27,994 bases of DNA, taken from IMG/VR virus record IMGVR_UViG_3300020044_004165, positions 1-27,994 of that record. One strand, written 5' to 3'. Shown piece after piece: positions 1-6,900 of this stretch (positions within the stretch are counted from its first letter, which is position 1; each line of letters starts with the position of its first letter). A model generated the notes under the pieces. The model saw nothing but the letters and a program-made list of their open reading frames with translations, searched no databases and was not told the DNA's origin. Made by a program: the position numbers and the translations under genes. The DNA comes from a virus (lineage: Duplodnaviria > Caudoviricetes).

Positions 1-2
1 CG

Positions 3-923
3 TTGACTGCGGACGAAGAAAAATCCATGTACGACCGCTCCACTGCTCGTGGCAAGGAAGTCTATGGCGACGTGCTTTCCAAAATCAAAGCGGACATTGA
101 GTCTCAGCGTGGGGGAAGCGCGGAGTCTTTGCGCGAAGGGCGTGGTTTGGCTGCGCTTGAAGCTGCTGCTGCTATGTCCCAAGGTCGTGGCTTTGCCCAA
201 GGTCTTGGTCGTGCCGGTGGCGCGTTTGCTGGGTCCTACGGCAAAGCCCTGCGTGCAGATAAAGAGCAAAAACGCGCTCTGTCCGCTATGGACTTGAGTC
301 TGGCTAAGGCTGAAGCTGACCAGCGTATGGGCCTGCACGATAAAGCAGAAGCGCAAATTGCCAAGGCCAACGCCAGCCGCGAGAAAGCGTATACCGCTGG
401 GGTAACCAAAGACAGGGCAATGGCTGATGTGCTGTCTAAGACCGGTCGCCTCGCTATGCCCCCAGCGCCTACTAAGTCGGGTGAGCCTAAGCCTTTGAAG
501 ATTGCCGAGCAGCTCGCTGCGGCGGAGATCGCGCACGAGACCAAGCCTTCAGAAGCTACGCTAGCAAACGTAACCGCGCTGCGCCGTGCTATGGACCGAG
601 CCAGAACTTCTGACTTTGGCCCAACTCGTGCGGGTCTGGGTGAGGCTAATTTGGATGTGAGACTGGGAGATGCCATCAACGCCGCGCAGGCGAAGCTGAA
701 GTTCACACCCGACTACGTCAAAGCTGACCCAGCTAAGAAAGCCCAGATGATGCGGGACGAAGCGGCTAAGGTTCGCGCAAATGCGGGTAAGGACGCAGGC
801 GTAAACAGTAATTCGACATCGGGTACGGGATCGGGTACAGTCGAGGGACTGCCTGCGGGTGCTACCGTAAAAGGCGATAAGGTCTACGACTCAAGTGGCA
901 AACTAATCGGACACGTAAAATGA
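3..923 (+). CDS. Putative internal virion (DNA ejection) protein, 5'-truncated
   Basis: ORF open from the window edge. Ala/Gly/Lys-rich helical sequence with Gly-rich stretches (GRGFAQGLGRAGGAFAG). Its stop overlaps the start of the giant gene (AAAATGA). Confidence 0.6.
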   Translation: MTADEEKSMYDRSTARGKEVYGDVLSKIKADIESQRGGSAESLREGRGLAALEAAAAMSQGRGFAQGLGRAGGAFAGSYGKALRADKEQKRALSAMDLSLAKAEADQRMGLHDKAEAQIAKANASREKAYTAGVTKDRAMADVLSKTGRLAMPPAPTKSGEPKPLKIAEQLAAAEIAHETKPSEATLANVTALRRAMDRARTSDFGPTRAGLGEANLDVRLGDAINAAQAKLKFTPDYVKADPAKKAQMMRDEAAKVRANAGKDAGVNSNSTSGTGSGTVEGLPAGATVKGDKVYDSSGKLIGHVK

Positions 924-3900
924 AATTTGTTCCCCTCTCTGAATCAGCAAAAACCGAAACAGAAGAGGGGGCCAAAACCCTTCGATTTGTACCGTTAGAG
1001 CCCGCTGCCCCGCAAGAAAGTAAGGCTGCGCCTTTTGGCCCAACTTCTGGGCTCGTAGACTTCATAAACAAGCCTACCCCCAAGCCAGAAAGCGTGCTTG
1101 AAGGGCAGCAGATGCCCGGTCCACTGCCGACCGAGGACAAAATGATCCGCCCCGAGTTTGTTTCCGGTTTGGAAGCACAACTCAACGCAATGCCGGAAGC
1201 CAAGCGCAGCGCAGCGCTTGAGAAAATGCTCCAACGCCCAGACGTTTACGGGCGTGCGGCCAAAGTAATCCAAGGTCGGTATGCGGCTAGAGACAAGGTT
1301 CAGCCCACCTCGCTCCAAAACTTGACCGACTTGCGTCTGGAGCAGCAGCAAAAACGGTTTATGCAGCAGGGCATGGAGCCAACGGCTGCCCTCAACCTCG
1401 CACGACAGCAAGCCCAACAGGGTGTTGCCCGCCCCGATCTTCAGCAGATGACCCGGGACGTTGACGGCGAACTCGCCGATCAAGAAGCAGCTCAGATGCG
1501 CGAGAACCTCAAAGACTCCGGGTTCCTCGGGCGCGTGGGTGCGGAAACTAAGGTGCAGTACACACAGGCTGGGCTCGGCTTGATGAACGTCTTCGCCGAC
1601 ATCACCGGCGACGAGCAGATGCAGCGGAACATAGCCAGAACTCGGAATATGGTCGAGGCTGGCCGGGAAGCCATTCCCAAGGGCGACACCATTTTTGAAC
1701 GCTCGGCGCAAGGAGCCATTTCGTCCTTAGCGGGGCAAGCTCCCATGATTGCCCTGAGCGTGCTTACCGGTACGGCAGCTCCCGTTCTCTTGCAGGCGGG
1801 TATTCAGCAGTTCGGTGATTCCTACGGCCAAGCCCGAGCTGCGGGCAAATCCCCAGAAGCCGCCGCTGCGCGTGCTATTCCTATGGCTGCTGCGGAGATT
1901 TTCTTCGAGCGGTTTGGTATGGAGAAGGCACTTGCTGGCCTGACCAAGCACGTATCCAAGTACGGGTACGACTCTATCCCCAAGTACGTTGGCCAAGCAG
2001 TCGCGAAAGAAATCCCAGCCGAGATGGCTACTACTGCTACGCAGTACGGTATCGACATCGTTCCCGGGATTGGCCTGAACAAAAACCCCAGCTTGGTTGG
2101 TCTGTACGAGCAGCTGGAAGAGACACTGCGCCAGACGATCATCCAAGCTGGGGTGCAGGCAGGCACAACTATCGGGGCTGTAAAAGGCGTCCAGAAACTG
2201 TCGAAAGCTCTGCAGGCTAGCGCCCCCAAGTATGAGCGCCCCGATGACACGGGGTACTACCAAGCCCTGCTTGCAGCAAAGGAAAAAGGGTTCTTGGTTT
2301 CCGAGCGCCGCAATCAAATGGTGCCCCCCGGGCAAACTGCTGGAGCCCCATCCACCGATGGTACCCTCACTGATGAGGGTAGCATACCAAAACAAGATCA
2401 GTTGGCTGATCTTACTGCTGAGATCGAGGCCACAGGCATCCCTGCGGACGACGCACGGGCGCAAGCCGAGCAAATGCTCGCCGCTCAGGAAGCTGAAAAG
2501 CGTAAGGCTCTGGCCCCTCGCATCATCGAGTTGACCCGCGAGTTTGTTGATGGCGGTATGGACCCTCAGCAAGCCAACCAAATAGCCATTCAACAAGCCA
2601 CTGAGGAGGCACAAGCAGATGAACAAGCCCAACTCGAAGGTGCTGTCGGTAGCGCACCAACTGTCAGTACCGCAGATCGAACAGGCGCTGGAGTGGCTGG
2701 ACAGCCCGGTGGCGTCACCGCCCCCGGAGGAGCTGGAGTCACTCAGCCAAGTGGAGTGGTTCCAACTGGACAGACTGCTGCAGGCACTGTGGCGGGAGAA
2801 GGCGGGCAGCCCGGTGCATTGAGGATAAAGAAGAACGAAAAAACTGGTGCCGTAACAACTACGTACGCAGTGCAGGACGAGGACGGCAACCCCTCAGAGC
2901 TTAGCATCGTACGAAACGCCGACGGTTCAGTGTTTCGTGTGTTTGACAAAGTCACACGAGATGACGGCAAAACAATGCAGGTTGAGCTGGACAACAGCTA
3001 TGGTCAGGGGGTTGATAACGCAAAGATCATCTCGCAGTCCAACCGTACCCCTATCGAAGCACCCAAGGCCAAGCGTGGCCGACCCGCTGTTCTGACCGAG
3101 GAAGAAAAGCAGCAGCGTGCCGAAGGTAAAAAGCCCGTGCAGGCTGCGAAGGCCAAGGCCGAGCGTTCAATCCTCCGGCTGACAAACAAGCTGGACGAGC
3201 TGGCTACGCTGCCCGATGAAGGTGACTTCGAGACGGACGAAGATTACGAAGCAGCCCTTGCCGACCACCGAGCCGAGCGCCGCGAGACGATCAAGTCTTT
3301 GTTGCAGTTGCAGGCCGATCCCCTGCTTCGGGGTACTAAGGTAGGTGAGCGCGTCAAAGTTGCGCTGGCCCGCCCTGACATCTCCGAGAAGGAAAAAGCT
3401 GATCTCAAAGCAGGTATCGAGGCGCAAAAGCGTGCACAAGCTGCGATCCAAGGTGACCGACCAAGTTCTTCTCGCGTGACCAAGGGCACGCCCGACACTA
3501 CGTTTGGCAAGTTCACCAACGGTGTCCAAGCCCTGAATCACATTATCAAGACGGGCAACGACTTCCAAAAGGCGCTCGGCAAGCGCCTGCGCAGCTTTGT
3601 AACCAACGTGAAGTTTGTGGTTATCGAAGAAGGTCAAGAGCTGCCAGCTCAACTCAAGTCGGCAAAAAACGCTCGCCACTGGGATCGTTCTATTGCGCTA
3701 TACATCGAGAACTACAACACGGGTGACCGTGTCATCTATGTGCGCGGCGCATCCTTTGGCGAGAACCAAGGCGTCAACAACCTGACCATCCTGCACGAGC
3801 TGCTGCACGCGGCCACCAACCGCAAGATTGTTCTGGCTATCGAAGCAATCAAGAAGGGGGTCAGCCTCAACTCGCCGCTGGTGCGTTCTGCAACCGACTT

Positions 3901-6900
3901 GCTCCGCACAATGAACAGTGCCATCAGCACGTTCAACGACCTGTCGGCTAGACGGCAGCTGCCCGAATACATCTCCCTGCTTGCTGACCGTGGCGAGGTC
4001 TTGGAAGACCCCCGCGAGTTCATTGCGTACGGCATGACCGACCCAGAGTTTCAGCAGTTCTTGATGAAGGCCCAAGGCTACGAGGAAGACACTTCGTACT
4101 TCAACCGCTTTGTGCGCGGTATCCGTGAGCTGTTCGGCATGGGTGACGACACCACCAACGCTCTGACCGACTTGATTGTCGTGACCGACACCATTTTGAG
4201 CACCCGTGCCCCTCAGTACCAAGCTCGTGGGGAGCAAGCCAGCAGCACGTTCTTTGGGTTTGGCAAGAAAGAAGAGCCGAAGGCTGATACGCCCATGGCT
4301 GGTACGACGGAGGTCAAGGCTCGCCCCAGTGCCAACGTGCAGCGTCTGGCCAAGATGCTCGGCTCCAAGCTGTACGGCACGCCCAAAGACATCGCTGTGG
4401 TCTCGATCAAAGAGTTGTTCCAAAACTCCTTCGACGCCATCAAGGGCTCGCTGGAGCAAGGGCAGCTGACCAAGGGCAAGGTCGATGTAAAGATTGACGC
4501 TGGCAATCGCTCTATCCGTGTCGTGGACAACGGCCTTGGTATGCCGACCAGCGTGATGGGCAATCAGTTCTTGCAGATTGCTGGTACTGTCAAAGAGACA
4601 AAGCGTGCGTCCGGCGGTCTCGGCGTTGCCAAGATGCTGTTCCTGTTCGAGAACAAAGCCCTTGAGGTTGTGTCGCTGCGCGATGGTGTGATCTCCCGCA
4701 TGGTCACCAACGGTGATGACTTGAAGGCCGCACTGGATGACCCAAGCCGAGCACCAAACATCGAAGTCACTGAAGACCCCGCTGTTGTGCAGCGCTACGT
4801 TGATTCTTTGTTCCCCGATGGCCACGGCACTGCGGTGACTGTGACAATCCCCGATACGTTCACCAACGAATCTACTGGCGAGCAGGAGAAGATCAACTTC
4901 GATGTATGGGACCTCAAGAACGCTCCCGTGTTGGAGTACAGCCCATTGTTTGGCGACATCGACGTAACTGTTGACTACGGGTACGGCCAGAACCCACTGC
5001 CGATCGGTTCAAACTTCCCGACTAACGACTACACCCCCTTTGCAAATGTCAACTTTGCGTGGGGCACTGCGCGTATCTACGTATCCAAAGAGAAAGTGGA
5101 CAACTGGAGGGATAATACCCATGTGCTGTCCAACGGCCTGTGGCAGTTCAACACTGCGATCAAGGATCGTCCCGGCTTTAGCGGCAAGAACATCAAGCGC
5201 ACTTTCTATGTGGATGTGACCCCCGCCGAGAACGTCAGACCAGAGGATGCGGGGTACCCCTTTGACTTGAACCGCCAGAACTTCTCCAAGGCGGCTAAGG
5301 AAGACTTCGGCAAAATCTTCAACTACATCACCGCCATTTACAGCCAGCTCGATCTAGCTTCGGGCGTCAAAAACTTTGGCACGGTGCAGTACGTCAACGC
5401 TGATGGTTCGGTGACTGAGGCAAAAGCACTGGAGCCAACCGCTCCTCCTAGCGATAACGCGTTCACGCTGATCAAGCCCGGCGACCAAGTTGAAGTGCGT
5501 GACGGCGTGCTGTACGTCAACAACCGCGCACTGCCAGAGTTGACCGCTAAAGACTTGGAGAACACCAGCATCCGCATCGACGAGTTGACTATCCCGCAGA
5601 ACGAGATTGACTCGACCAAGGTCATGATCCATGACAATACCGAGACGCAGGTAAGGACTGTGACCGAAGCGGATGCGAAAAAAGCGCTTGATGATCTGGT
5701 GGCAAGTGACCCCGAAAGATACGAGATAGTTGATCTCGGCAACGGGCGCTTTTGGATGAGCGTGTACGGCACCATAAGTGTACACGGCCCCGGCAGGACT
5801 AAGATTGTTGACTATTCTGGCGTCCCCTCAAAAATTTTTGAGTGGGCGACTATGAACGATATACCTGTGCAAGCTCCTACGGGCACGCCTCAGTCTTTGT
5901 CCGACCTTGCACGCGCCAAGTTTGGTGCCGAGCGGGTCAACAAATACTTCGCAGCCATTGGTGAGACGTTTCACTTGCTGCGTGATGCTCTTATCTCCGT
6001 CGATAGTTCATACGCTGATATGTCTACACAGGCTTTCGGCATCAGTATCGACAACGAGTACTACGGTGTCAGCATCATGGTGCCCTTCAAGGGCATGTTC
6101 ATCAACCCGGCAACCACAGCTCTGAGCGATACCCCTGCGCAAATTGCCGTATCCATGATCGGCACGATGATTCACGAGATGGCGCACTTCCGTCAGCGCA
6201 ACCACGGTGGCAGTTTTGCGTCTGAGATGCAGAAGATCGCGACGCTGCTTGACACTCATCCGTCGTTTGATTTACAACAGGCCAAAAAAGACCTGACCAA
6301 AGTCGTCGATGCCAATGATGGCATCTTTATATTCATGAACAAGGAGTTCCGTGATGGAAATCTCAAGCCTCGTGGCAACCGCTTCGCGGACGCTAGCTAC
6401 CAACAAATCGGAGATGAAGGCGCTTCTGAGCCAATGGAAGGCGAACGCGCAGAAGGACAAGGAGGACCCAGCGTACCAGAACAGCTTGGAGCAAGCGCTC
6501 AAAGTACTGGACAAGTCGGCCAGCCTGCCGGAGCTGGTGGCCAAACTCCAGCGGTTGGAAACGCAGTCCGTACCCAGCAACAGCTGAACCGTGCGGTAAA
6601 AGTAGCAAACGCTAAATTTGAAGAGTCCCAGAACGGGCAGGAGTATTCTAAAGCCTTGTCGTTGCTTCAGATGATGCAGGACCCCCGTAAGGTAATCCCG
6701 GCTATCCGTGACCTTTACGCCCGCATGAACCTCGGTGCACGCTCAGCTTTGACTCGCGTGCTGACAAACGACTTCATAGTGGAACTAACCGGGCAAGATG
6801 TCCCCGAGCTGCGCAACACCCACAAGTTGATGCAGCAAATGAGTGGCATGACTGAGACGCTTCTCAAGGGCGCGGGTGATCTGACCAACGACATTTCTCG

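Noticed and set aside
49-297. +1-frame 82-aa ORF within the first gene as another overprinted gene
   Set aside because: No clear SD. The Leu/Val/Pro/Cys-rich product is the expected shadow of Ala/Gly codons.
2232-2534. +1-frame 100-aa ORF inside the giant gene
   Set aside because: No SD, and the Arg/Ser/Pro-rich product is not protein-like. The main frame is mostly helical there.
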